A stretch of DNA of 64,000 nt from Candidatus Bathyarchaeota archaeon (GCA_963769425.1 CAVYLP010000006.1:273-64272), one strand, 5' to 3'; positions 9,697-19,229 are shown, counted from the first letter of the stretch. Made by a program: numbers and translations. Notes: a model not told the origin generated them from the sequence alone.

Positions 9697-10667
9697 TTCT
9701 TTACCCTCCTACCGATGATGGAGGCGGGAAGCGCGTACTTGTAGAAAGTACCCACTGGGTCCTTCAGCTGCGCCACCACCGCGTCCACATCATATTCCTC
9801 CTCCTTCTCGTCGGCGATGCCGAGGACGGTCGAGAGGGCGCTGATCATGGCTGAGCCCTGCTCTATAGCCCCGGGGCACGCGCCTCCGCAGCCCGTGCAC
9901 GGCATATTCGCTCCGAGGCACTTGGCGTCACACCCGCCACGGGTGGCCGGCCCCATGCAGACGAGCCCCTGCTCAAGCAGGCACTTCTCCGGCTCGGGGG
10001 TGAAGTCGATTATCCTCTTGATTGAGGCAACCTTCTTCTCCTCCTTCTTCCGCGGGCATTCGTCACAGACGGCGAGCTCAGGGGCGAGTATGCTGCCCTT
10101 GGGGGGTAGCTTCCCCTTCGCGATTGCGTCGACGGCGTTGAAGATGAGTTTGGGCGGCGGCGGGCAGCCGGGGAGGTAGTAGTCAACGGGTATGACCTGG
10201 TCAAGGGGCCTTACGGACTCCTGGAAGACTGGTATCTCCGAGGTGCCCTCGGGGAAGGTGTGCTTAGTCTGCGGCTCAGTTCCCGCGGCGTTATCCGTGG
10301 ACTCCGTCGTGTGGTAGACTCTGTTGAAGATATCTTTTTTGTTGCTGAGGTTGGCGAGGCCGGGGACTCCTCCGAGCTGGGCGCAGGCGCCGAAGGCAAC
10401 GATATACTTTGCCTTCTTCCTCAGCAGATTTGCTAGGTGCTCCTGCTCCGAGTTTCGTATGCCTCCATTGAAGAAGCAGACATCCATGTAGCCGTCCGCC
10501 ATCGCCTCGACATCCTTGTACTTGACGTCCATGGCGACCGGCCAGAAGACGACGTCCGCTATCTGTAGGACGTCGAGTATCTTCTCGTCGATGTCTAGGA
10601 CGGCGATCTCGCAGCCTCCGCAGCTGGCGGCCCAGTAGAAGCCGAACTTGAGCTTCTCCATGGTCAT
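9693..10667 (-). CDS. mvhG: [NiFe] hydrogenase small subunit, Mvh-type
   Basis: 324 aa. N-terminal CGGCE proximal-cluster motif and additional C-terminal Cys clusters. Overlaps mvhA and hdrB by 4 nt (ATGA), indicating translational coupling. Confidence 0.85.
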   Translation of the reverse strand: MTMEKLKFGFYWAASCGGCEIAVLDIDEKILDVLQIADVVFWPVAMDVKYKDVEAMADGYMDVCFFNGGIRNSEQEHLANLLRKKAKYIVAFGACAQLGGVPGLANLSNKKDIFNRVYHTTESTDNAAGTEPQTKHTFPEGTSEIPVFQESVRPLDQVIPVDYYLPGCPPPPKLIFNAVDAIAKGKLPPKGSILAPELAVCDECPRKKEEKKVASIKRIIDFTPEPEKCLLEQGLVCMGPATRGGCDAKCLGANMPCTGCGGACPGAIEQGSAMISALSTVLGIADEKEEEYDVDAVVAQLKDPVGTFYKYALPASIIGRRVKK

Positions 10668-11524
10668 GCCTCCTGCTTCGCCAGCAGGGCGCTGGCGTCC
10701 ACCTTGTTTGTGCTGAGCCCGACGTCGTCGGCTGTGAGGCCCATGGCGAGGCCGAGTAGCTGAGGTATGTGGACGACTGGCAGGTTAGGGTTGGTCTCAG
10801 TCATGAACTGGCACCTCTCGTATGTTATATAGCAGAATGGGCAGCAGGTCGTCATGGCGTCGGCGTACTTCTTGACGGTCTCGACCTTGCCCATGCCAAC
10901 GTCCCAGGTGACCTTCTCCCTGATGCCCATTATTGGGCCTGCGCAGCACTCGGTTTTCCCCGGGTAGTCAACGCTCTCCGCACCTGTGGCGCGGATCAGG
11001 TCGTCGAGCACCTGTGGGTCGTTAGGATCCTCGAAGAGCATCTCGTCGCTTGGTTTTAGGAGGTGGCACCCGTAGTGGGCGCCCACCTTGAGCCCCTTAA
11101 AGGGCTTGACGGACGCCGCCTTGACCTTGTCGAGGCCGACGTCCTCCTTGAGCATCTTGACGTAGTGCTTGACCTCGACGGTGCCCTTGAACTGCTTGCC
11201 TGTCTCCTTGAGTATCTCGTTGACCTCGGCGCGGAGCGCGGGGTCCTCCTTGAGGGCCTTGTTTGTCTTGGTGAGGTTCTCTGTGCAGCCGTTGCAGACT
11301 GTGACTATGTCGAGGCCCATCTCCTCCGCGATAGCTATATTGCGGGCGGCGAGTGCTAGGGCGGTCTTCCGGTCTAGGGTCTCCATGTATGTGGTGCCAC
11401 AGCAGCTTGAACCAGGCATGTCGACGAGCTCGACGCCCAGCTTCTCCGCCACCTTACGTGCGGACTTTTCGTAGCCGGGTAGCCTGCTGAGCACTGTGCA
11501 GCCGACGAAGAAGGCGTACTTCAT
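10664..11524 (-). CDS. hdrB: heterodisulfide reductase subunit B
   Basis: The track ORF 10664..11938 is over-extended. The HdrB homology (MKYAFFVGCTV..., two CCG domains: SSCCGTT / TECCAGP / TCCPFC) begins at the ATG at 11522-11524, 3 nt after the hdrC stop. Confidence 0.9.
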   Translation of the reverse strand: MKYAFFVGCTVLSRLPGYEKSARKVAEKLGVELVDMPGSSCCGTTYMETLDRKTALALAARNIAIAEEMGLDIVTVCNGCTENLTKTNKALKEDPALRAEVNEILKETGKQFKGTVEVKHYVKMLKEDVGLDKVKAASVKPFKGLKVGAHYGCHLLKPSDEMLFEDPNDPQVLDDLIRATGAESVDYPGKTECCAGPIMGIREKVTWDVGMGKVETVKKYADAMTTCCPFCYITYERCQFMTETNPNLPVVHIPQLLGLAMGLTADDVGLSTNKVDASALLAKQEA

Positions 11525-11526
11525 CT

Positions 11527-12036
11527 CTACTCGCCTCCGACGCGGCTGAGGATGCCGGTCTTCTTCATTATGGCCTTGATCTCCTCTGTGGCGGGCGTGG
11601 GTGCGGGGGGTAGCCCGTCCTCGCCGCGCATCTCGTTTTCGAATTCCCCGATCTCGCTGATGTAGCCGAGGCGGGGGATGGTTGTGACTATCGATTTGAT
11701 GGTTGGGTGTATCTTGCCCTCTTTGAGGGCGAGTTGCCTGAGTGCGCTTACTATCTCGCTGACGTGTACCTTCTGGGGGCACCGCTCGTAGCAGGTGTAG
11801 CAGCCGGCGCAGAGCCAGACGAGGTCGCCGCTCAGTAGGCGGTCCTTCTGCCCGTAGATGGCTAAGCGGGCGATGTTGCGTGGGCGGAACTCGGGGACGC
11901 GCTTCGCGACGGGGCAGTCGCTCGTGCATGTGCCGCATTGGTAGCAGTGCATCAGCTTGTCCGCGCCGTGGGTCGCCATGACCTCGTTGCGGAACTCCTT
12001 GCCCTCGTTAGTAATCCTGATCTCAGTCTGTGCCAT
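11527..12036 (-). CDS. hdrC: heterodisulfide reductase subunit C
   Basis: 169 aa. Two 4Fe-4S ferredoxin motifs (CYQCGTCTSDCP, CAGCYTCYERCP). Confidence 0.9.
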   Translation of the reverse strand: MAQTEIRITNEGKEFRNEVMATHGADKLMHCYQCGTCTSDCPVAKRVPEFRPRNIARLAIYGQKDRLLSGDLVWLCAGCYTCYERCPQKVHVSEIVSALRQLALKEGKIHPTIKSIVTTIPRLGYISEIGEFENEMRGEDGLPPAPTPATEEIKAIMKKTGILSRVGGE

Positions 12037-12037
12037 G

Positions 12038-12469
12038 TCAGTCGGCCTCCTTGAGGGCCTTCGCGACGGGGCTAGGCCCTAGTTTCTTCAGGTCCTCGGT
12101 CATCTCCCTGATCGTCTTTGCGAACTTGTCCCCCTCGGCGGCGCTTATCCACTCGAGGCGGAGACGCTCTGGCTCGATGCCGAGTTGCTCCATAAGCTTC
12201 TTGACCATGGCGACTCGGCGCTGCGCCTTGAAGTTGCCCGAGATGTAGTGGCAGTCCGTGGGAATGTGGCACCCGGCCACTAGGACCCCGTCGGCGCCGT
12301 CCTTGAAGGCTTCCAATATATGCGCGGGGTGTACCCTGCCGCTGCACATGACTCGAATCACTCGCAGGTTCGTCGGGTACTGGAACCTGCTGACCCCCGC
12401 GAGGTCTGCGCCCGCGTAGCTGCACCAGTTGCAGAGGAATCCGACAAGCTTGGGCTCATATTCGCTCAT
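12038..12469 (-). CDS. mvhD: methyl-viologen-reducing hydrogenase delta subunit
   Basis: 143 aa. Contains the CNWCSYAGADLAG...C...C motif of MvhD/[2Fe-2S] proteins. Confidence 0.9.
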   Translation of the reverse strand: MSEYEPKLVGFLCNWCSYAGADLAGVSRFQYPTNLRVIRVMCSGRVHPAHILEAFKDGADGVLVAGCHIPTDCHYISGNFKAQRRVAMVKKLMEQLGIEPERLRLEWISAAEGDKFAKTIREMTEDLKKLGPSPVAKALKEAD

Positions 12470-15162
12470 TGCCTCGCCTCCAGTGCTGCCCTTACCTGGC
12501 TAAGTATCTCCAGGTCGGTGAAGTGGCCAACAGTTATCGCCCCGCTTGGGCAGGTGGCGGCGCAGACTCCGCATCCCTTGCAGACCTCGGATATGACATG
12601 GCTGTGGGTCTTGTCACCCTTCTTCACCATCTCTATCGCCTTGAACTCACAGACGGCGGCGCACATCTGACAGCCGCTGCAGGCGTCCTCGTTGACGCTG
12701 GCGATTGCGCCCTCGGCCTCGATCTCGTCGTGGCTGAGGATCGTCAGCGCCCTCGAAGCGGCCCCGCTCGCCTGGCTTATGCACTCGTCGATGGTCTTGG
12801 GGCCGTGCGCGAGGCCACAGAGGTACACGCCCTCAGTCGCGAAGTCGAGTGGGCGTAGCTTCATGTGAGCCTCGAGGAAGAAGCCGTCCTTGCTGATTGG
12901 GACCTTGAGCATCCCCGCGAGTTTCCTGTTATCGGCTGCTGGTAGGACGCCTGCGCTAAGTACTAGGGCGTCGGGCTCGATGACCACGTTCTCCCTGAGG
13001 ACGGGGTCTAGGATCTTGACCCTGAGACCGCCCTGCGCCAAGACTTCGGGTTTGTGCGCGTCATCGTACCTGATGAAGACGACACCCTTGTCCGCGGCAG
13101 CGCGGTAGTAGTCCTCCTTGAAGCCGTATGTCCTCATGTCCTTGTAGAGGATGTAGACGTCGGCTGCGGGGTTCGCCTCCTTGACTTTTAGGGCGTTGTT
13201 AACCGCGCCCGTGCAGCAGACTCGGCTGCAGTTCGGGTGCTCCTCATTCCGGCTGCCCACGCACTGGATCATCACCACGGTGCTGGGTTTGTAGCCGGTG
13301 TGGAGCTTCTCCTCCAACTGGAACTGAGTCATTACACCTGGGTGCTTGCCGTAGGCGTACTCCTTAGGCGTGTACTCAACGCCTCCCGTGGCGACGATCA
13401 CCACGCCGTGCTTGATCTGAGTCTCCTTCTCCGCGCTGGCTAGGGTTGTCTCGAAGTTGCCGACGTAGCCGTTGACCTCCGCAACCTGAGTACCAGTGTA
13501 GAGTTTGATCTTCGGGTTGGACCTGACGCGCGCCTCGAGCTTCGCCAGCTCCACGGCGGGGTCCTCGCCCGAGGGCAGGAACTTTATCCTCTTCATATTG
13601 CCGCCGAGCTCCGCCTCCTTCTCGACGAGGTGGACCTCGAAGCCCTGATCAGCTATCTCGAGGGCGGCGGTCATACCGCTTACGCCCCCACCGACGACTA
13701 GGGCGCCGGGGGTGACGTGTATCTTGTGCTTCTCCAGCGGCTGGAGGAGGCTCGCCTTTGCAACCGCCATCCTGACTAAATCCTCCGCCTTCTTTGTGGC
13801 GGCCTCCTTCTCGTGCATGTGGACCCAGCTGCACTGGTCGCGGATGTTCGCCATCTCAAAGAGGTACTCGTTGAGGCCCGCCTCCCTGAGAGTGGCCCTG
13901 AAGAGTGGCTCGTGGGTCCTCGGCGTACACGAGGCGACGACGACACGATTGAGCTTGTGCTCTATGATGCTGTTCTTGATCCTGTCCTGTGTATCCTGAC
14001 TGCAGGTGTAGAGATTCTCCTCAGCATAGGCGACGTGTGGAAGCTTCTTCGCATAGGCGGCAACACTTGGAACGTTGACCACGCCGCCGATGTTTATACC
14101 GCACCAGCAAACGAAGACGCCGACGCGCGGCTCCTCGTTAGCAACGTCACGCTCAGCGGGGAACTCGACTGGCTTGACCTGAGTTCCGCGGACACTTGAG
14201 ATGGCTCTAGCCGCCTTAGCAGCTGCCCCGCTTGCCTGAGCGACGCTGTCAGGTATGTCCTTGGGGCTGCTGAAAGCTCCACAAACATACACGCCCTTCC
14301 GGCTCGTCTCCAACGGACTGAAGAGCTTGGTCTCGGCGAATCCATACTTGTTGAGTGTGAAACCCATCGCCTTGCTGAGCTGCTCAGCCCCCTTCGGTGG
14401 GTTAAGGCCGACGCCGAGGACCACCATGTCGTAGCGATCCCTCTTGATCTCACCGCCCTCCTCATAGCTCAGGTCGAGGCCGCCTGTCTCTGGGTCCTGC
14501 TCGACGTGGCCTACTCGGCTCCTGATGAACTTGATTCCGTGCTCGTGCTCTGCGCGCGTGTAGTAGTCATCGAACTCCTTGCCGAAGGCGCGTATGTCCA
14601 TGAAGAAGACGCTGGCCTCGAGGCCTGGGTTATGCTCCTGCGCGATGACTGCCTCCTTTATTGCGTACATGCAGCAGACGCCGCTGCAGTAGAGGTTGCC
14701 CACGCGGGCGTCCCGGCTTCCTACACATTGTAAGAAAGCGACCTTCTTGGGCATGTCGCCGTCACTCGGGCGGAGGACTACGCCCCTGTAGGGCCCCGTG
14801 GCACTTAGTATACGCTCAAACTCGACACTGCTCACTACGTTCGGGTACCTACCGTATCCTAGTTCGCTGAGCTTCGAGGGGTCGAATGCCTCGAAGCCTG
14901 GAGCAAGTATAACTGATCCGACTTTGAGCTTCAACTCCTCGTCGACGTCATCGTACTTTATGGCGTCTGCCTTGCAGACCTCGCTGCATATTCCACAACC
15001 GAGGCACTTGTCTTTGTCAATCGCATAGGTAAGTGGGACCGCCTGGCTGAAGCGGATGTAGACAGCCTTGCGGTCGTTGAGGTCGGCGTTGTAGGTGTCT
15101 ATCGCGGAGGCGGGGCATTTAGCTGCACAGTCGCCGCAGCCCTTGCACTTTGGCGGGGTCAA
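12466..15162 (-). CDS. hdrA: heterodisulfide reductase subunit A, main body of a tandem HdrA fusion (continues upstream in another frame)
   Basis: 898-aa ORF. It holds a ferredoxin insert (KCKGCGDCAAKCP, CLGCGICSEVC), then a complete HdrA: N-terminal domain VFVCWCGINIGG/IRDQCSWVH, FAD GGGVSGM, CVGSRN..CSRVCC, and C-terminal 2x[4Fe-4S]. The N-terminal FAD domain is encoded by 15119..15466 in the -1 frame. Confidence 0.85.
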   Translation of the reverse strand: MTPPKCKGCGDCAAKCPASAIDTYNADLNDRKAVYIRFSQAVPLTYAIDKDKCLGCGICSEVCKADAIKYDDVDEELKLKVGSVILAPGFEAFDPSKLSELGYGRYPNVVSSVEFERILSATGPYRGVVLRPSDGDMPKKVAFLQCVGSRDARVGNLYCSGVCCMYAIKEAVIAQEHNPGLEASVFFMDIRAFGKEFDDYYTRAEHEHGIKFIRSRVGHVEQDPETGGLDLSYEEGGEIKRDRYDMVVLGVGLNPPKGAEQLSKAMGFTLNKYGFAETKLFSPLETSRKGVYVCGAFSSPKDIPDSVAQASGAAAKAARAISSVRGTQVKPVEFPAERDVANEEPRVGVFVCWCGINIGGVVNVPSVAAYAKKLPHVAYAEENLYTCSQDTQDRIKNSIIEHKLNRVVVASCTPRTHEPLFRATLREAGLNEYLFEMANIRDQCSWVHMHEKEAATKKAEDLVRMAVAKASLLQPLEKHKIHVTPGALVVGGGVSGMTAALEIADQGFEVHLVEKEAELGGNMKRIKFLPSGEDPAVELAKLEARVRSNPKIKLYTGTQVAEVNGYVGNFETTLASAEKETQIKHGVVIVATGGVEYTPKEYAYGKHPGVMTQFQLEEKLHTGYKPSTVVMIQCVGSRNEEHPNCSRVCCTGAVNNALKVKEANPAADVYILYKDMRTYGFKEDYYRAAADKGVVFIRYDDAHKPEVLAQGGLRVKILDPVLRENVVIEPDALVLSAGVLPAADNRKLAGMLKVPISKDGFFLEAHMKLRPLDFATEGVYLCGLAHGPKTIDECISQASGAASRALTILSHDEIEAEGAIASVNEDACSGCQMCAAVCEFKAIEMVKKGDKTHSHVISEVCKGCGVCAATCPSGAITVGHFTDLEILSQVRAALEARQ

Positions 15163-15466
15163 CCCGGCGCGCCTTCTTGAGGATAGTGGCGGTGAAATTG
15201 CCCTCCTCGCCCTCGAGCGACTTGATCTCGCTGTAGGTTAGGAGCTGTATGTTGGGGTGGCGCCCCGCGCCTACGAGCTTGGGGGCGAGTATGCACATGG
15301 CGCAGTCGTTCGTTGGGAACGTCTTGTCGAGTTGCGTCATCACGCCGCCGATGCTCGGCTCCTTCTCCACCATGTAGACCTTGAAGCCGGAGTCGGCGAG
15401 GTCGAGCGCAGCCTGTATGCCCGCTATGCCTCCACCGACGACCAACACGCTACCAGTCTTCTTCAT
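15119..15466 (-). CDS. hdrA: HdrA N-terminal FAD-binding segment (frameshifted 5' part of hdrA at ~15148)
   Basis: MKKTGSVLVVGGGIAGIQAALDLADSG...DKTFPTNDCAMCILAPK...KKARRVDPAK is canonical HdrA. This frame stops at 15119 while the HdrA sequence continues (KCKGCGDC...) in the overlapping ORF 12466..15162. Start taken as the ATG at 15464-15466. Confidence 0.75.
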   Translation of the reverse strand: MKKTGSVLVVGGGIAGIQAALDLADSGFKVYMVEKEPSIGGVMTQLDKTFPTNDCAMCILAPKLVGAGRHPNIQLLTYSEIKSLEGEEGNFTATILKKARRVDPAKVQGLRRLCS

Positions 15467-15477
15467 CAATGTTCGCC

Positions 15478-15925
15478 TCACTGCGCCGCGTAGAGGGGCG
15501 TCCCCTCCACGGCCTCCTTGACGTCGATCCAGCCCCTTTGCCTGAGGGCAACCATGTAACCTAGCACGGTCTTAGGCTGCAAGCCGAGCTGCTTCGCTAT
15601 GTCCTTCACGGACCTCGACTTATCCTGGAGCATAATGTGTATGCGGTGGACCTGGAACTCGGTCTCGACTGGCGTCGTCCATCGCCTTGGTGAACTCGTC
15701 TTGGGCGACCTTGTCGCCGTAGACGTTGCCTTCTGTTACGAGCTTCTCCTCCTTGCCTACAAGGGCGCGGAGCCTGAAGCCGTCCGCCGCCGCCTTAGCG
15801 GCTTGAATGTTGAGGAGCTTCGCCGCATCGGGCGTCGGCGCTCTTGAGAGGCGTCGGGCCAACGACTCGCACCTGCTCCGTGAACTCTTTGACGAGGTTT
15901 GCGAAGCGCTGCCCCTCAGATGCAC
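15478..15925 (-). pseudogene. ArsR-like winged-helix coding segment(s) split over two frames between mvhD2 and hdrA1 (disrupted regulator gene or frameshifted MvhD-wHTH fusion)
   Basis: One frame gives protein-like ...AAKAAADGFRLRALVGKEEKLVTEGNVYGDKVAQDEFTKAMDDA. Another gives ...VETEFQVHRIHIMLQDKSRSVKDIAKQLGLQPKTVLGYMVALRQRGWIDVKEAVEGTPLYAAQ*, an ArsR/TrmB-like HTH plus wing. No single intact ORF covers a complete wHTH domain. Confidence 0.35.
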
Positions 15926-16247
15926 TGTTCCACTCTAGCCTTATGCGCTGTGGTTCTAGGCCCGTTTTAGCCAGAAGCTTCTGCAGGAGAGCATACTTAC
16001 GCTTCGTGTGAAGATTGCCCGATATGTAGTGACAGTCACCTATGTGACAGCCCGTGACCATGACACCGTCGGCGCCCGCCTCGAGTAGTTCGAGGACCAT
16101 CCCGGGCTCGATGCGGCCGCTGCACATGACTTTGATGATGCGCATATTCGTTGGATACTGAATTCTGCTGACACCCGCGAGGTCGGCGCCCGCGTAGCTG
16201 CACCAGTTGCATAGGAATCCGACTATGTTTGGCTCGAATGTGCTCAT
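15795..16247 (-). CDS. mvhD: MvhD paralog
   Basis: 150 aa. CNWCSYAGADLAG motif. The C-terminal ~12 residues look off-frame, and protein-like sequence continues in the +1 frame. Confidence 0.8.
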   Translation of the reverse strand: MSTFEPNIVGFLCNWCSYAGADLAGVSRIQYPTNMRIIKVMCSGRIEPGMVLELLEAGADGVMVTGCHIGDCHYISGNLHTKRKYALLQKLLAKTGLEPQRIRLEWNSASEGQRFANLVKEFTEQVRVVGPTPLKSADARCGEAPQHSSR

Positions 16248-16249
16248 AT

Positions 16250-17922
16250 TTAGTCCTCCTCAAGGGCTGCAAGGCCCTGCGCCTGTATCTGCTCGTCTGT
16301 GAAGTGGTGCATGGTTATCGCCTTCTCGGGGCATGTGGCTCCGCAGACGCCGCATCCCTTACAGACTGCAGCGATGGTCTCGGCGAGGCCCTTATCGTTT
16401 TTCCTCAAAGCGTTGTAGGGGCAGACATCTATGCATGTTCCGCAGCCGCTGCACCGTGTCTGGTCCACTTGACTCATTATAGCGGCTGTGCGTACCCTCT
16501 TCTTAGCCATGGGTATCGAGGCCCTGCTTGCAACGCCTAGCGCTTGTGCGACGCTCTCACCAATGTCCTTCGGGCTATGCGCCGTGCCGCAGACGAAGAT
16601 ACCATCAGTTGCGAAATCTATTGGGCGGAGTTTTACGTGAGCCTCCATGAAGAAGCCGTTTGAGTCGAGGGGAACCTTGAGCATCTGGCTCAGCTCCTTC
16701 GCATCGACCACTGGAACGAGGGGTGTGCTAAGGACGAGCATGTCGGGTCTGAGCACTACTGCCTCGTTTACAGTGGGACTATAGAGGCTCACCTTGAGCC
16801 CGTCTGGCTCAGCGGTAACGAGTGGCGGTTTATCAGGCTGGTATTTGAGGAACTTGACACCCATTCCTCTTCGCCTCCTGTTCGAGGCGTGAGTAGTGGA
16901 TACCGTAGGTTTGGAGGTCGCGGTATAGGATGTAGACCTCGCCCCCCTTCTCTGTGATGTTGATAGCGTTCTTTACGGCCTCGTTGCAGCAAATACGGCT
17001 GCAGTAGGGGCGTTCTGCGCTTCGTGAGCCGGCGCATTGAATCATCACAATCGTTATTCGCGTCAACATTACCCGAGTGAAGGAGCTGCTCAAGCTCGCT
17101 CTGTGTAACGATTCGCTTGTCCTCGCCGTATAGGTAGAGACCCTTCGGCTTGAGGACATCTGCGCCAACGGCGACGATTATCGTTCCAACTTTAAGACTC
17201 TCGACCTCCTTAATGGTCTCAATTCCTATGTCGAAGTTACCGATGAAGCCGTAAACAGACTTCACAGTGCTCTCGGTTAAGACCCGTATCTTGGGATTCG
17301 AAGTAACACGCTTAATCAGCGGTTCGAGAACCTCAGACGCTTTCTGCTTGAAGGGGAATAGGTTGTCGAATCCCCGAAGCTTTCCGCCGAGAGTAGCCTC
17401 CTTCTCTACGAGTGTGACGTTGAATCCTTGATCAGCGATGCTGAGGGCGGCCCGCATCCCGGATACTCCACCGCCGATGACGAGTGTGCTTGGGATGACA
17501 TCGATCTCGGGCTCGTCGCCGGGTTCAAGGAGGGCGGCCTTTGCGACAGCCATCCTGATCAGGTCCTTCGCCTTCTCAGTCGCCTTCCCCGGCTCCTTCA
17601 TATGGACCCAGCTGCACTGGTCCCGTATGTTCGCCATCTCGAAGAGGTATTTGTTCACCCCTGCTTCCTCGCAGGTTGCCTGAAAGAGGGGTTCATGAGT
17701 GCGAGGCGTGCAGGAGGCGACGACGACGCGCTCAAGGTTGTTCTTTTTGATCGCTTCCTTGATCTTGTTCAAGCCATCGCTACTGCAAGTGTACATGTTT
17801 TCCTCGGCATAGGCGACGCCGGAGAGAGTTCTTGCATATTCCACGACGGCTGGGACATCCACATACGCGGCGATATTAATGCCGCAACGGCAAACGAAAA
17901 CTCCAATCCTAGGTGATGCCAT
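16250..17922 (-). pseudogene. hdrA: hdrA paralog (complete HdrA architecture) interrupted by two single-nucleotide frameshifts
   Basis: Three overlapping ORFs (16789..17925, 16833..17168, 16250..16864) together encode a collinear HdrA: N-terminal domain, FAD domain, CVGSR/CSRICC, C-terminal ferredoxin. Frame changes lie at ~17060-17072 and ~16858-16866. Confidence 0.8.
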
Positions 17923-19229
17923 CAATGATCAACCTCCATGCGCGCCGCGTCCTCCGAGGCCTTCGCCGCGGTTGCGCTCGCCTCGGCGACGGACTCGGGT
18001 ATGTCTCGAGGACCATGACAGCTACCGCATACATAGACGCCAGGTTTGCCGGTCTCGACTGGAGAGGAGACAGGGTCACCGACCTCAAAGAAGCCGTACC
18101 CGTCGAGAGATACTCCGAGAACTGGTGCGAGCTTCATGTTGTCTCTGTGCGGGATCGCGGCGGTGCAGAGGACAACCATGTCGACCTCGGTGCGCTCGAC
18201 TTTCCCGACCTCCGTGTTCTCGTAGAGTATTGTTAGATTCTTTGTGACCGGGTCTTCCCTGATCTCGCCCGGGCGACCACGGACGTACTGGACTCCCCAG
18301 TGACTCTGTGCGCGGTCGACGAACCCTTGGAATCCCTTCCCGAATGTCTTGAGGTCCATGTAGAAGATTGTGACGTGGCTGCTCGGCTCGTGCTCTTTAA
18401 TGAGGACGGCTTCCTTTGTGGCGTACATGCAGCAGGAGGCGCTGCAGTAGGGGTAACCAGTGGTCTGGGTCCGACTCCCTACGCATTGGATGAAGGCGAC
18501 GTTGTGACTAACCTTCCCATCACTGGGTCTGTTTAGGACACCACCAGTTGGCCCTGAGGCGCAGACTAGGCGCTCGAATTCCAGAGAAGTCAGCACGTTC
18601 TTGTAGCGTCCGTAGCCATACTCGCCGATGTCCTTCGGGTTATACGGCTCGAAGCCAGTAGCCGCAATGACACTTGATACGTTTAACTCAAGTATCTTCT
18701 CCTTTTGTTCATAGTCTACCGCTTTAGAGGGGCAGACCTTCTCACAGGTCTTGCAGATGCCTTTGGTGAACCAGAGGCATGCGTCGCGATCGATGGTGGC
18801 GATGAGGGGGACGGCCTGGGGGAAGGCGAGGTAGATGGCCTTTCGTTGTCCTAGACCAGCTTGGAATGTGCTTGGACGCTTAACAGGGCACTTCTCGCTG
18901 CAGAGGCCACAACCCGTGCACTTCGTCGCGTCGACGCTGCGGGGGTGCTCAAGGACCTTTACGTTAAAGTCGCCTACTGCTCCTTCGAGACCCACGACTT
19001 CGCTCTCTGTGTGTATGGTGATATTCGGGTGTCGGTAGCATTCGATCATCTTCGGTGCGAGGATGCAGATGCTGCAGTCCATTGTGGGGAAGGTCTTATC
19101 AAGCTGAGCCATGACGCCGCCGATACTCGGAGTCCGCTCCACTAAGTGGACCTTTGTACCCCTGTCGGCGAGGTCTAGGCTCGCCTGGATTCCAGCTATT
19201 CCGCCGCCTATGACTAACACTGGCTTCAT
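17922..19229 (-). CDS. HdrA-like flavoprotein lacking the N-terminal and C-terminal ferredoxin domains (FAD domain plus inserted ferredoxin)
   Basis: 435 aa. VLVIGGGIAGIQASLDLADRG, DKTFPTMDCSICILAPK, KCTGCGLCSEKCP, CVGSRT...CSASCCMYA. Corresponds to the first module of the fused hdrA in locus 1. Its stop overlaps the start of the downstream hdrA. Confidence 0.8.
   Translation of the reverse strand: MKPVLVIGGGIAGIQASLDLADRGTKVHLVERTPSIGGVMAQLDKTFPTMDCSICILAPKMIECYRHPNITIHTESEVVGLEGAVGDFNVKVLEHPRSVDATKCTGCGLCSEKCPVKRPSTFQAGLGQRKAIYLAFPQAVPLIATIDRDACLWFTKGICKTCEKVCPSKAVDYEQKEKILELNVSSVIAATGFEPYNPKDIGEYGYGRYKNVLTSLEFERLVCASGPTGGVLNRPSDGKVSHNVAFIQCVGSRTQTTGYPYCSASCCMYATKEAVLIKEHEPSSHVTIFYMDLKTFGKGFQGFVDRAQSHWGVQYVRGRPGEIREDPVTKNLTILYENTEVGKVERTEVDMVVLCTAAIPHRDNMKLAPVLGVSLDGYGFFEVGDPVSSPVETGKPGVYVCGSCHGPRDIPESVAEASATAAKASEDAARMEVDH

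Noticed and set aside
8899-9744. 281-aa + strand ORF opposite mvhA
   Set aside because: Acidic, low-complexity antisense shadow of mvhA.
11525-11938. N-terminal 138-aa extension of the hdrB ORF overlapping hdrC
   Set aside because: The extension is R/P/H-rich junk. HdrB homology starts at the ATG at 11524, directly after the hdrC stop.
12072-12425. 117-aa minus-strand ORF within mvhD
   Set aside because: Alternative-frame shadow (R/G/P-rich) of the mvhD coding sequence.
16833-17168. 111-aa ORF treated as a separate gene
   Set aside because: It is the middle segment (CAGSRS...CSRICC) of the frameshifted hdrA paralog, not an independent gene.
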